Below, in pieces: positions 13,831 through 27,530 of a stretch of DNA of 64,000 nucleotides. Source of the DNA: the human T2T-CHM13v2.0 reference genome, Homo sapiens; NCBI RefSeq assembly GCF_009914755.1, contig NC_060936.1. One strand, given 5' to 3'. The position numbers and the translations under genes were made by a program. The number at the start of each line of letters is the position of its first letter. The stretch's first letter is position 1. Under the pieces are notes generated by a model. That model made no database searches. It saw only the letters and a program-made list of their open reading frames with translations, and was not told the DNA's origin.

Positions 13831-14542
13831 GTGTGTGCCAGTTTTGCAATTCTTAGGATTCTTAGTAATGTCAATCTCACTTGCAGGGCATACTTGAGTT
13901 AATGCATAAATAATGAGCTTTTACCATGTGCCAACTCCCTTCAAAGACATTATGGAATTCAATTCTCATGTCCAACCTGTGAGATAAGAACCCTTTTTAT
14001 TTTATAGAGGAGAAAAGAAATTAATGAGGTTAGGGGTTTAAGCCAAGGTCATGTAGTTAGACATGGACAGAACTGGCACATTAACCTGAGCCTTTTACCA
14101 AACACATGTGCATTATTTTTTTCTCTATATGAGTTTCACCAGGGCAAGGATGGTGCAAACATCCAAGATACAGGTCTTGTCATCCTTAATACATAGGATC
14201 ATAGAGAAGCGGTGATCTATATATATCTCTGCAGTCTTAAGTCTTACTTGCTAGAGCCATTTTCTGCCTCTACTTCTCCCCCACCTAATTCTGGCTGTAA
14301 ATTGTAACAAGATATCGGATAGCCTCTCCATTTTTTTGCACATAGAGAAACAGAGCAGAGAGGTTGATGTCCAGGATACTGTTTACTTGGGGACACAGTG
14401 TCAAAATCAGAATTAAATCTCCAAGTCTTCAAAGACAATCATTTATTGCACATAAACAGAAATTGCTAATTTCACATGTGTATGCTTGGAGTGCAAAATA
14501 TTGGAGACATTTGGCATTTTCCATAATATTTTTGGAATACAG

Positions 14543-14559
14543 GAGCCCTCTGGTGGCCA
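14543..14559 (-). promoter_or_regulatory. CTCF binding motif
   Basis: Minus strand TGGCCACCAGAGGGCTC is a near-consensus CTCF core. Confidence 0.6.
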
Positions 14560-15749
14560 AAATTGTAGCAAGGAGGTATCGTTCGGAAAGCTGATCTGAG
14601 ATTTCCTACCAGTACTCCTCTTAGTGCCCTCTGGCTTTGTTTGAGGGTCACCCCTTTTCCATTTTGCCTCTTTCTTCCTCTTTTCATACACGGTTACTTG
14701 CTTTTTGCCCACCCTTTCTCCTTTCCCCTTCAAGCTCCTCTCTGCATCTTCCCCTTCAACTCCAGCTGTCACCCCTGATCCCACTGGAATCTCTCCTTGC
14801 TGCCATCTTTGGCCTCGGAGGACCCTTTCTGAAATCTGGCCAGTTCCCCTGTGGCAGGTGCTGAGTGACAGCTGCTGCCTTGCTGCTGCTTCAGTAGTGA
14901 ATTCAAATCCCTTGTGGGTGTTTAGAGCCTGCAGATGGATTAACTGATGATTCCTGTTCATCAACAAGCATTTGCAGTATCCTGCTAAGCATGTTAGGGA
15001 TACTGAGCGGCCCCTAGAAGCAAGTGCTCTTGGAAGAGGCAGGTGAGCTTCTTCCCCCTTAGGCACAAGGAGCTCACCACACATCACCTGGTCCCTGGGG
15101 TTGACCAGCTGTCCAGACCTGGGCCATTCTAAGTTTCTATGTATAGCTCTTAACTGTGCAAATGTCTGTTTTCCTCATTATTGTGTGCATGGAATGGTCT
15201 GTCTTCTGTAAGATCGCACCTCACAATAGCCAACAGCAAGTGAAGACCCACAAAATAGCTGATCCACATATTGGTAATTGAGAACTGACCACTGATCCAG
15301 AGGCAGAAGTTATACTGGTGGCTTCAGTGGATTTCAGTGAACCAAATGAGGGGAAGGAAAGCTAAAATAGGACAGGCACAGAAATTTTGGCTAAAGTTTT
15401 AGACACCATCTTCTTGGCTTCTAATGCAGTAAAGTAATGGGGCAGTATAACACTTAGAAGGCACTTTGGACTCTTGAGAAAAATATCTTCCATAAAATGA
15501 GCTGGTGACTTTATTACACTGCGGTGCTTAACAGTTAGTGGCTTAATCACGGGGCAATTGGGTGAGAGAGGCCAATTCATGACCCTTACTGCAGAGACAA
15601 TCAGAAAAGCCTTCTCAGGGTGCAGAGCATGTTGCAAGAGGGTGGGGTGCCAGGCTCCTGGGCATGTTAGAAAGTGAAACCAGAAGAAGGGCTCTGGGGA
15701 GAATCATAAAGTTTGGGAAGCTACAGCTTTCTATAAACTGTAGAAGAAT

Positions 15750-16215
<466 letters not shown>

Positions 16216-16373
16216 CTACTAGCTATGAGGATTTGGGCAGGATTAGAAAGTGTTGCCTGGGTGGCTGCAGAATTCTCTTCTCTCTAGATTTTAAGAAAAT
16301 GCAGACAAGTCTTTTCAGAGGCCTTTTTGGAGGTGCACGTGGGTGAAGCCCTACCTCAAAGATGCATGAGCAG

Positions 16374-16705
<332 letters not shown>

Positions 16706-19264
16706 CTAGACTTGTCATTCTACAGTCACCTTAGACTTTTTGTTTCACAGCATTTTATGGACTTTTAAAGTTTGTCATTTCCGGGGTTTGGGAGTGAAAG
16801 GGTGATGCTGGAGTGTGTGCTACATCTGTCATCTTAATTCAGTTTCCCTCTATAGGCCTACTTTCTTGCCCTGTATCCTGCCAAACCACAGACACTCATC
16901 CACCTCCCAGTTTCTGACATAACTTACAGATTCACTATAACTGTCATTCCACCAAGAATGGTTTATGTAATTTTATGATAAAAGCAGTACATGGTTTGTG
17001 TAATTTTTCCCCTGGTTCAGTGTGTGTGCACTTACCGCAGTGCCCTTTTTAATAGAGCTGGCTACAGTGATGGGATCACTTCTCTGTTCTGAACATGAAG
17101 CTTTGGGCAAACAGCCTGGACCATGTCTATTAAATGTGCTTTGTTTAGCATCTTATTCCAAAGACAGGTGCTAAATAATTTTTTATAGTGATTTTAATGA
17201 CATAACAAAAAGCACACTAGATCAGAAATTAGATGATCTGGTTTAGTCCTTGCCTGCCACCAATTAGCTCCTCTAGGCCTCAGTTTCCACATTTATGCAA
17301 TGAGGAGATTTAGATTAGATGACCTTGAAGGGCACCTTCAGCTCTGAAATTTACCACTTATCTTCCATAATGGTGACCTCCTCCATAAAGACTGTCACCT
17401 TCTCAGGGGCAGGGGAACACCTCGCCTGTAGTGTTCCCAGAATGCCTGGCAGGACTCTGGCCCTTGACGGCAGGGGTGGGTGGGTGGGGAACAAGGAGTG
17501 CTCAAATATCTGTTGATAGATTAATCATATCCATCCACTTTCCAAGAGAAAGGTAGTAGTACTTTAGGAGTAAGAGACACTGAAAAGAGGCAGGAGGGAC
17601 AGGTTCTCCTTCCAATACCACCTCTTATTTGTGTGTATACTGTGTGCTATAGTCTTGACCTCCATTCATAAGGAACTGCTGAAAGTTGCCCACTGCCTGC
17701 CCTAGATCTGGAGGAGAAGAACATAGCTGCACACTCAGGCTCATGCTCTCAAAACAGAGATTGGGGCTGAGCTGTCAAGACCTGTAGAAATATGCTCCTC
17801 ACCCCAGTAGGAGTTGGAACTGTCCTTTCTCACGACAAGATGGGATTTATGCTTTTCTATGAAAATGTTTGTGTAAATTGAAAAAAAAAAGCTAGGTTTG
17901 GACATGGAGCCGAGGCTTTTGTGAAGGGTAAGATTCCTCAGCTGTCATAAATATCAGTGGAAAGGGAAACAGGTGTCGAATCCCTGCTTTCCTTACACAC
18001 ATATTTTAAGTGGATCATAAACCCCCTCTGTTCTCCCCACCAGTGAGTCCACACTGTTTTGGTGCCTGCAGCTTAGAAGGGCAGAGCCTTTTTTCCAAAC
18101 CACATGGGAGCATCACTTTGCCAGTGACTGCTTGAGTTTGGGGAAAATAGACTCTAGTTCTAGTAGACTGGCTTGAGTCCTCTTCCCTTACTCAGATAAC
18201 TGATGAAGAGGCTGGTCCAGCTTCTTTTGCTCAGTGGACTTAGGGGTTGTCAGTGGAAACATGTCTCACTTTCCTTCTGATAACTGAGCTCCAACATAAA
18301 GGAGTTAAACGTTTGCCAGATGGGCAAGGTGGGAAGTCTTGGCAGCGACTCTGGGCGAAACCAGGAAGAACATGATGAGGCCAGCTGAAAGAGAACGTCA
18401 CTGGTTTCCAATGAGGGGGTGCCTATCAGGGGAGCAGGGCCTTCCGGGAGAGCCTTTTCCTGAAAGGAGGGAAGTGAGGTACAGAGAGAGAGGTCCTGGG
18501 TCCTACTCAGAGAAGGGAAATGCTCTGAGAAGTGGAAGGGGGTGCAAAATAAGCAGGCAGATTATCATCTGAGGGTCTTTTAAAGAAATTTGAACTTGCA
18601 GAGACAGGCAGGTGACTCACGAGAATGGATCTGCTCACATCAAGCAGAGGAGAAAGATAATCACAGCTCTTAGAACTGCAAAGTACTTTAAGGGGCTCTC
18701 AAGTCAGTCCATTCATTTTACAGGTGAATAAACCAGGGCTTATTCTTGGAGTAATGGAGAAGGCAAAACTTTTCCTAGTGCAGGATAGTTTTAGTCCAGT
18801 AGTACGATTCTGGGGGGAAAGCATGGGGTTTGGAGTCAAACAGACTTGAGTCTGCATCAGTACACCAATTACTAACTGTGACCTTGGCGGATAAGAATAC
18901 TTACCTCTTGGGGCTGTTGAGAATAAGTGAGAAAATAGATGTGAAAGCCTCTACCCAAAAACTTGTCAGTGTGGCCAATGAGACCTGCTGGATGGTCATT
19001 TGCCTTCCATTATGATTACGATGTACTTGGCTAATAGAGACTCTATTAAGAGAGTGACTGAAAAATATTAATCAAGTGATTGCTATATGCCAGCACACTC
19101 ATGTTATGTTATAGGCACTCAATTATTAAGATCATATTAGTCTAATGGATAATTATAAAAATATGAACTGTGATACTAACAAATAATAACATCAGTGGTA
19201 ATGCAATGATGATAATAAAGTGTCAGTGCAATTGCTCTAGAGATGTTACATGAAATGAGGGAAG

Positions 19265-19580
19265 GGCCAGGCGCCGTGGCTCACACCTGTAATCCCAGGA
19301 CTGTGGGAGGCTGGTGCCAGAGGATTGCTTGAGCCCAGGAGTTCCAGACCAGCCTGGGCCAACATGGTGAGACCTTGTCTCTATTAAAAATAAAGATTAC
19401 CCAGGTGTGATGGCACACACCTGTAGTCCTAGCTGCTCGGGAGGCTGAGGTTAGAGGATCGCTTGAGCACAGGAGTTCGAGGCTGCAGTGAACTATGATT
19501 GCACCACTGCACTCCAGCCCGGACAACAGACAGAGACCCTGTCTCAAAAAAGAATGAAAAGAATAAAAAGAAAAAGAAAG
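19265..19580 (+). mobile_element. Alu (AluJ-like)
   Basis: Diverged full Alu with A-rich tail. Confidence 0.92.
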
Positions 19581-19654
19581 GAAAAGTTCTTTTGGAATCT
19601 AGCATTGGCTTTGGTGTTCAACAACAAGTAATCTGAGAAACATGAACTCTGTCG

Positions 19655-20050
19655 TCATTCATTCATTCATTGGACAAACAGTAATTGAGGGCCTACTTTG
19701 TGCCGGTCACTTTACTAGGAACTAGAGACACAGTGGTCAATAAAAGCAAGATTCTTTCCATAAATGGAGATTACGTTCTAAAGGAGGCAATGAACAAACA
19801 AGGAAATAGAGAACATTTTTAGGTAATGGTAGGATTTATAAAAAACAAACAACAAACAAAAACAGGGCAAGCGGATGGAGATGATCTGAGGGAATAGCTA
19901 TTGTAGGTAAGGTGAATATCTCTAAGTAGGTGACCCTCGGAGGAGAGATCTGAATGGGGAGGAGCTATGAGGCGTGGTGGATTGGATGGGGATGGGGATG
20001 GATTCCAGGCAGAAGGCAAAAGCATGTATAAAGGCCCTAAGGTGGCCATG
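19655..20050. mobile_element. LINE-2 remnant
   Basis: cattcattcatt...ttgagggcctactttgtgcc...attccaggcagaagg...aaaggccctaaggtgg. Confidence 0.7.
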
Positions 20051-23000
20051 CGTATGGTATGTGATACTGATCTATGGCTGGAAATGTATGTTCTATATTT
20101 CTGCCCAAATGCAGAAAAAAATGAAGAGTTAATGTAAAGAGACTCTTCTCTGGATAACTCAGCCTGGGACAGCTCTCTCAGGATGAGGCTAACAGCGATG
20201 GAGCAGGTTAGGGGCCATGAATCTTAGGACCTTCCAAGAGATGAGAAGAGTCCTGAAGACGCCTGGTGACTTGGCATGAGAGTTGGAGAAATGGTGCCTT
20301 GAATTGGAACACAGCCATGAGGCTCTGTCCAGGATTCTATCATTGTCAAGTGTCCAAATGCAGACTCACGATCAGCCCCCGAGGACCTGGAAACCCTCCC
20401 CAGCTGCCCATGTTACCTCACTAACCTATTTGGACCATCAGATATGAATTTTTTCGATTGCCTTTAAAGATATTTCTATTTCTTGGCAGTATTGTCTCTT
20501 AAAGTAGGCCCTTGAGGGCAGGGGCCATGTCTAATTCATAGAATTCCCATGGGAAACAAAGCACCTAGAACAGAGCTTGGCACACAATAGGACTGCATGA
20601 GTGTCTGTTATCCAATAAGCATCACGGGTTTACTGTTCACCTAATAAAAGCCTGCTTTTTATTTGGCTTACATTTTTCTCATCCAAGCTTTCAGGGTTAC
20701 CCTGGGTTACGGGTTTGTGGAAGCTGTGAACAAGCTACGTGACTTTCTAAACTTTACTTATCTCTGTTTGCAGCCTTATCTGTAACATGGATGAATTCTT
20801 GTTAATCTGGGGCATAGTGAAAACAGTGCTGGGCTGGGGGCGCTTTTTCTAGCATTGACTAGCTGTGCCACCTTATGACCAAACCTCTAGGAACCCAGGT
20901 TCCTTATCTGAATGTGTCAGACATTCCTGCTGTGATTCCTGCATTTCATGGGGTACTGCCATAGATGTTAGGGAGACTAAATCGATGTTCTATGCGCTCT
21001 GTAAACCGTAAGATGTACATCGAGGGTGCAAGCACTATACCGGGGACCCTCTCACCAGCCTCCTCCTGATCATTCAGTTGTCTCTTGCTGTATTTTTCCA
21101 GCCGTTAAGTTTTTGTTTCTTTGTTTGTGGATAAGCGACTACTGGATTTGTCCCATGACGGGATAATGTTTTTCTCTTTGTTTTGACATCTTACCATTAC
21201 TATTCCCCAGCCCCCACTTTAGGAGTCCCAAGAGCCCCCTGGGTTGATGGCTTTAGTGAATAGTCTATAGTGATCCCCAGGTTATTTCCAATGACATCAA
21301 TATTCAGGACTCAGTTATCTGTCATTCACGTAATTTCAACTCAGTACATGTGGAATGAGCTCCAGGTCTGTGTTGTGTATTAAAACTGGGGGCCGTAGCG
21401 GGTGAAAAGAAGAAGAAGGAGCCGTCGAAGAGCACAGGTCTCACGGGAATGAGGAATGCCCATGTGGTGGTGACTCCACACAAAATGCAGTGGGTGACAC
21501 TGTCCTGGAGCAAAGGGCTGTGACAGCGGAATGAGGGGCACCTTCTTCACGTGGCTCCCTTGTCTACTGGGCATATGCTGATCCCAACAGGGTACGATGT
21601 CCTCATCCGCAGCCTGGTAGATGTTGACAGAATGGGGCAGGGATGCTTTCTTACACAATGGGGAGTGGATTATCAGGGGAAAGTGTACCCCATCCTGAAA
21701 GTGAGAGGCCCCTACCAAGGGCTGGAAGACCAGGAGGAAGGGGGAGGAAGGTTGGATCAGGGCTTAGAAAAAGAAACAAACTTGGCTTAATGGGGGTTTG
21801 TCCTGTACCAAGACCCCTTGGGGTTTTCTGCCGGGGTCTGTGCTGTGACTGTCTGCCTAGCACAAGCCCTGGCAGGAGAGTTGGACTCGCCAGGGCTGAA
21901 AATCAGGAGCCTGGACCCTGTCATTGAGAACATCCAGCCGGGCTCTCTCTGTCCTTTGTCAGGGCCCAGGAGGCTCCATATCATTACTCCAGAGCATTCC
22001 GCTTCCCTCCGGCCTCATTACGCAGTGCATTAGCTGTGGGAACTAAACCCATTACAAAAAGGAGGGGGTGGAATTGGCACACGGGGAAAGAGGCCTTCTC
22101 AGATCAAGCTAACAACTTGTGCCTATTAACTAAAGAAGATCATTAGAAAATTCCCATCTCCTTCTCTCCTCTCCCCCCGCCTTGCCCCCACCCCCACCAC
22201 TTGCCGTGTCAGATGCTGCGCGGGAGCCGAGCTCACGTGAATTTGCCTGTTTCTTGCACACACACCCAACCTTAAAGGGGCCTTGCTCAGGGCTTTGTAG
22301 AAGAGAAAGCGTTGGATGGTGATGAGAACTTGCTTTGATGTTGAGTCTGATTTTAAATGAACGGGACTTTCTTTCTCTCTGCAACGTGGTTCTTTTTGGA
22401 ATCAGTGAAGACAGTGACTAAAATACGTTCTACCTTATGATTATTTTCTATCATCTATAACGAAAGAGACAAAGGGGAAAGGTTTTCTTTCTGCTGTTCA
22501 ACAATATCAATGTTATAGCTGGAGTGTCGCTCTGAGATTAATCAATTTAAACCTCTTTTTATAGATGGGGACGCCAAAGCCCAGAGAGAGTAAGTGGTGT
22601 GTCTCACGCTTTACGAGAGCGACGTAGGACTCATGCTCGCAAGTCTGGGGTTCTTCCTTTCCTAACAAGCTTCCTCCAGTTTTGTCATTTTTTCTCTGTC
22701 AGTTTCCGTCAGCCTTCTGATTGCTGTACCCACTCCTTGGCTATGTTCCCTGGCTAGTGTTGGATAACATCCTCAAAGAAATCCAGTAAAGCACCTTTGA
22801 TTAGGCCACAGACGGGACACTGAGTATCAGCGATGGCCTCGTCACTTGCTCTTCTTCTCTCCCGCAGGTTTAAAAATAAAACAAAAAATAAACCCTATGC
22901 AAAAATATGGTTCAGGACAAAGGTCTGACTGAGCCTTCTCTGTGTTACTCCTCTCCCTTACTAAAATCTAGGAGGCTCCACCGCCCCATTTCTCACCATA

Positions 23001-24578
23001 CGGCTTCCTCCCCATGCCCATTTCTATTTCCAGTGGCAACCTCTACCCAGCCGTTGATGTGGTGGGATGTGCCTCCAAGTCTGTGTGCACTTTCCCCTCT
23101 GAATGTTTGGGCTGTGTCTAAAACTGCTCCATTAAAGAGGGGGCCGTGGAGGAGATGACCCATGCCATGGCTCTCCCTAGCCTGGGCAGGTCACTGGAGG
23201 AAACACAACCATCCTCGTTGTGTGGGATAGTGAGAAAAGGGATTTTCCTCCTTAAATCAGAGCGCTTTTTTATGTGTGTATGTGTGTGTGTGTTTTACTA
23301 TGCTCTGTTCAAAGGTCTGATTAGCATTTCCTTTTCAGTTGCTCCTTCGCCATCCCAGCTGCACCAATTGTGGTCAGTAAAGCAGAATTGGTGCGCTAGC
23401 AATTCAGGAACGCAGCTGAAAGGGAAAGAGTGAAGAAAAAACAAGGGAGTGAATTTTCTTAGCGCTTGAAGAAACTACTCCAATTAAAAAGAGAGAGAGG
23501 GAAGAGATGAGATGAGATACTTGGAGGGAGTAGACAAAAAGATTCCAAAGAAACAGGAACCTGAGTTAAATTTTTAAAAAGAACAGGGGCCCAAACTACC
23601 TACACTGAGAAATAGGTAACAAAAAAAAGCACACGTAGAAAAATGTAAAAAAAGAAAAATTTTTTTCAGAACAATGAATGAGACAGAAAAGGCTGGAGTT
23701 TTAAGAAATGAAAAGGTAGAGATAGAAACTTTCTTATTTCTTTTCCTTGCTTTTTCTTTTTTATTAATGCTTCTTTTAATTTTTTTTTTCTAATGGAAGG
23801 AAATGGAATTGCTGGGTATTCAGTTCCAGAGGAGAGTTGGATGCTTACCTTCGGGTGACTTGTGCCCTGGAGTTAGGGTTGATCTCACCACTCCTGCTTT
23901 GGGACTAGATTTAGATTCCTTCCCCAGTTTCCCCTTTGACCTGAAGCACAGTTCCATTCTGCTCAGTGCCTTCTCCTTCCCTTGAACGCCAGTGGTATAT
24001 CGGGACACTTAATGAGATTATATTGGAGAAGTACTTAGAGCTCAACAGAGTAAAGGCATGGGAGAAAGTGTTAACAATGTTCATAACGATGATTCTTGGG
24101 GTCTTTTTTAAAAAGGCTGTGTGCAGAACCTTGCTGGGACTACTTGTTTGTATAAGCTATAACTTACCCCCTCAAAATTACCTAATTGGGACTGAAACAT
24201 CTCCAGCTGGCTCTCAGACCCAAGGAGTTTGTTCTTGGAAAGTGTGACCTTCTGCTTCATCTGTTTGCAGACTTGATGCAAGGGGATGTGTGCTTTACGG
24301 GAAACTGTCAGCGCTGCAGTCGGCATCAGAGACGTGCTGCTAAAGAGAACACTACCAGCATTTAGGAGAAGGGACTTGGAATGATGGACAGGACCGTACC
24401 CCTTCTCTCATTATCACAAGCCAAAGCAAATGATGTATATCTGTGAGGTCTAACAACGTCCCTAAGCCTTATCCTTTTAGGATCCCAGTCATCCAGCGCA
24501 CTGTATTGTTGCAGCTAGGAGTTTAAGACATAGAGTCAGACAGACATGTGTTTGAATTTCAGCTCCACCGCTGACTAG

Positions 24579-24915
<337 letters not shown>

Positions 24916-25709
24916 CCTCATTCCTTCATTTTCAAAATGGGGCTATGTTATTTGCCACAGAGAGTTTCTGTGATGATTGTTAAAATGCACATAAAATACC
25001 TACCACATAATTCATTCTCAAAAAATTCTAGAAATATTACGTAATGACCCAGGAGACAGAAGATCTGGCGTCACTTCCCATCTGTGTGAGCCAGGACAAG
25101 TTAATTTACCTGTCAGTGCCTCAGTTTCCTCATCAATAAAATATGGGTTAAATGTCCACCTCGTTACGTAAACTAAAGACAATGAGTATAAAAACTATGA
25201 CATACACTAAGAAGATACTACATGATGGTGATAGTTTTTGTGTTTACTTCCCAGACTCCAGTTTTATCCCTGCGTCAGCTATGTGATCCTTCACAGGTCA
25301 CTTATTTTTCAAAGACCTCAGTTTAGTTTCCCCATTATAAAATAAAAGTGGAGTTAGACATCTATTGTCCATTCCAACTGTATGATTTTATGAACTTTCT
25401 ATTTTTGTGATTTTTCTGTATTTCAAAAATACCTACTAGAATAGAGAACAAGGTTTCCAAAGGCCTCCCCTCCCCCGGGATACAGAAGCCTCTGTTCCTT
25501 GATTACCCTTTTGCTGACCTACTCTTAGCCCATAAACCCATCGAGCTCACACTGACTTAGACAAAGAGCAGAGACCCCCAGGAAGAAGAAAGTGTCCCTG
25601 CATTTGGTGAGCCTACAGTGTAGTTGAAAACAAAGGATGGATAGATATGCAAGAATAAGACTGATACGCAAAGCAAATCCCAATAAGTTAACATTAACAT
25701 GGTGATTAC

Positions 25710-25950
25710 CTAGAATCAGAGTTAAGAGCATGAGCTCTGGAGTCAGACCAGTGACAGGTCAGGTCCTAGCTCCACCACCTGCAACAGTTTCACCTTGGAC
25801 AAAAAACCCCTTACCACTGCCTGAGTCTTGATTTCTTCCTCTGTATGAGGCTTTAAAAAATGCAGTAGCTCTTGTGAGGATTAAATCAGATGATCCATGC
25901 AAGATGCTTAGCCCAGTGGCTGGCATATCGTGAGTCCTCACAGTATTGGT
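25710..25950. mobile_element. MIR (one of many MIR fragments in 6.8-34 kb)
   Basis: gttaagagcatgagctctggagtcagac...ttgtgaggattaaat...atgcttagcccagtggctggca. Confidence 0.75.
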
Positions 25951-27257
25951 TATTACTGTTATTAATACTGCTATTACTATTGTCATGGTTATCTCAGAAA
26001 ACCTCACAGAAGAGATATGTAAAAGCCAGATTTTGAAGAGGGGCTAGAGAGTTTTGTGATGGGAGGGTGGTTCTTGGAAACAGTCAGTGGAAAGCAGTAT
26101 GTCCATATGGATCTCTTGTGGAGGAACCCAACATCTGTGGATTTTCAAAGCTTTCCACGTAATTCTGACCCGCAGCCAGGGCTGATATGAGAACAAGGCA
26201 GTCACAGGCATGATTCATTAAGTGTGGACCACTAGACAAAAATTGAGATTTCTGACTTGAGGCATGGGCTCTGCTCCTAGCTAGGCGCCTGGCCATGGCA
26301 ATTACTTCATCTCACTGGATTTTAGTTCCTTAATTTGCTAATCAAGGAGAATTGACATACCCTAAGTGATCTCCAAGTCTCCTCTCAGCTCTCAGGTCCA
26401 AGGATCTTAAACAGCTTTCCTTAACTGAGTAAGAATCCATGTTCAGGAGTCCATTCCAGTTCATCTCCCGCATGATTTCCTCCAGCCAACAGGACCCGGA
26501 GCCAGCCCTCTGGGTCTTCCCAGCACCCCACCCCCAGGTCTCTGTGTGTCTTACACAAGTCGACTCCCCAGTCTGACCTGGCCTCACCTGGCACCATAGA
26601 AAGAGGCCAAATTGAAATGCACTATGTAGGGACTCAGGCGGCAGTCCACAGCCTGGCCTACTGGGCCACTTGGAACTTTGTAACCGTGTAACTTGGAGCT
26701 CCTGATAATAATAACCGCTAGCATTTCTTGAGCATTTATAACATGTGAGGCACTGTACTAAGAGCTTGAAGTCTATTTAATCTGCTTTAATCCTTAAAAC
26801 AGTGCTGTGACATCAGCATGGTGAGTCCCATTTTAGAGCTGTAGATGTAGAATCTGAGGCTTGAAGACATTAAATAACTTCCCCAAGATCACACAACTGG
26901 TGTGCGGTGCGGGTGGGCCCACACCCCTGTCTGCTGAGCTGCAGCACCAAGGCTTCCCTCTATTGTACCACATTACCTCCCACAATCTGCAATTCACAGT
27001 AATTTTTGGGGACCAATGAGTGATCACACAAGAAGGGTACAGGCTTGAGCCCTTATGTGTAAGGCACTGCATTTGTTATGTTAGGTCAAAAGTGGTCTCT
27101 TGAAACCATTTACTCCTTCACCCACCATTAGGAACTCTCCTCCACCTGCCCTCAGCTTACCTATCCAATCTCATCACCCTGTGACCATCTGCGGTCAGGC
27201 CACCCACTGTGGAGACTGCCTTGCTGAGTGATTAAGGGCACAGCCGGTAGTGTGGTG

Positions 27258-27530
27258 CTGCATTGTCCAATTTGGTAACCACTGGCTGCATGTGGCTACT
27301 GAGCACTTAAAGTGTGGCTAGTCTGAATTGGGATGTGCTGTAAGTATAAAACACACCGGATTTCAAAGAATGAATGAAATACCTATTTTGGAAATACTGG
27401 GTTAAGTAAAATATTAAAATCAATTTTAATTGTTTTTACTTTTTATTTTTTAATGTGGCTACTAGAATATTTAAAATTACACATGTGGCTGGCATTTGTA
27501 GCTCACATAATATTTCTGTTGGACAGACTG
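27258..27530 (-). mobile_element. MER33-like hAT-Charlie element
   Basis: tgtccaat...atgtggctactgagcactt...atgtggctactagaa...ttggacag; inverted termini. Confidence 0.8.

Noticed and set aside
14443-15087. 214-aa minus-strand ORF
   Set aside because: Non-ATG start, purine-rich low-complexity segment and no recognisable homology.
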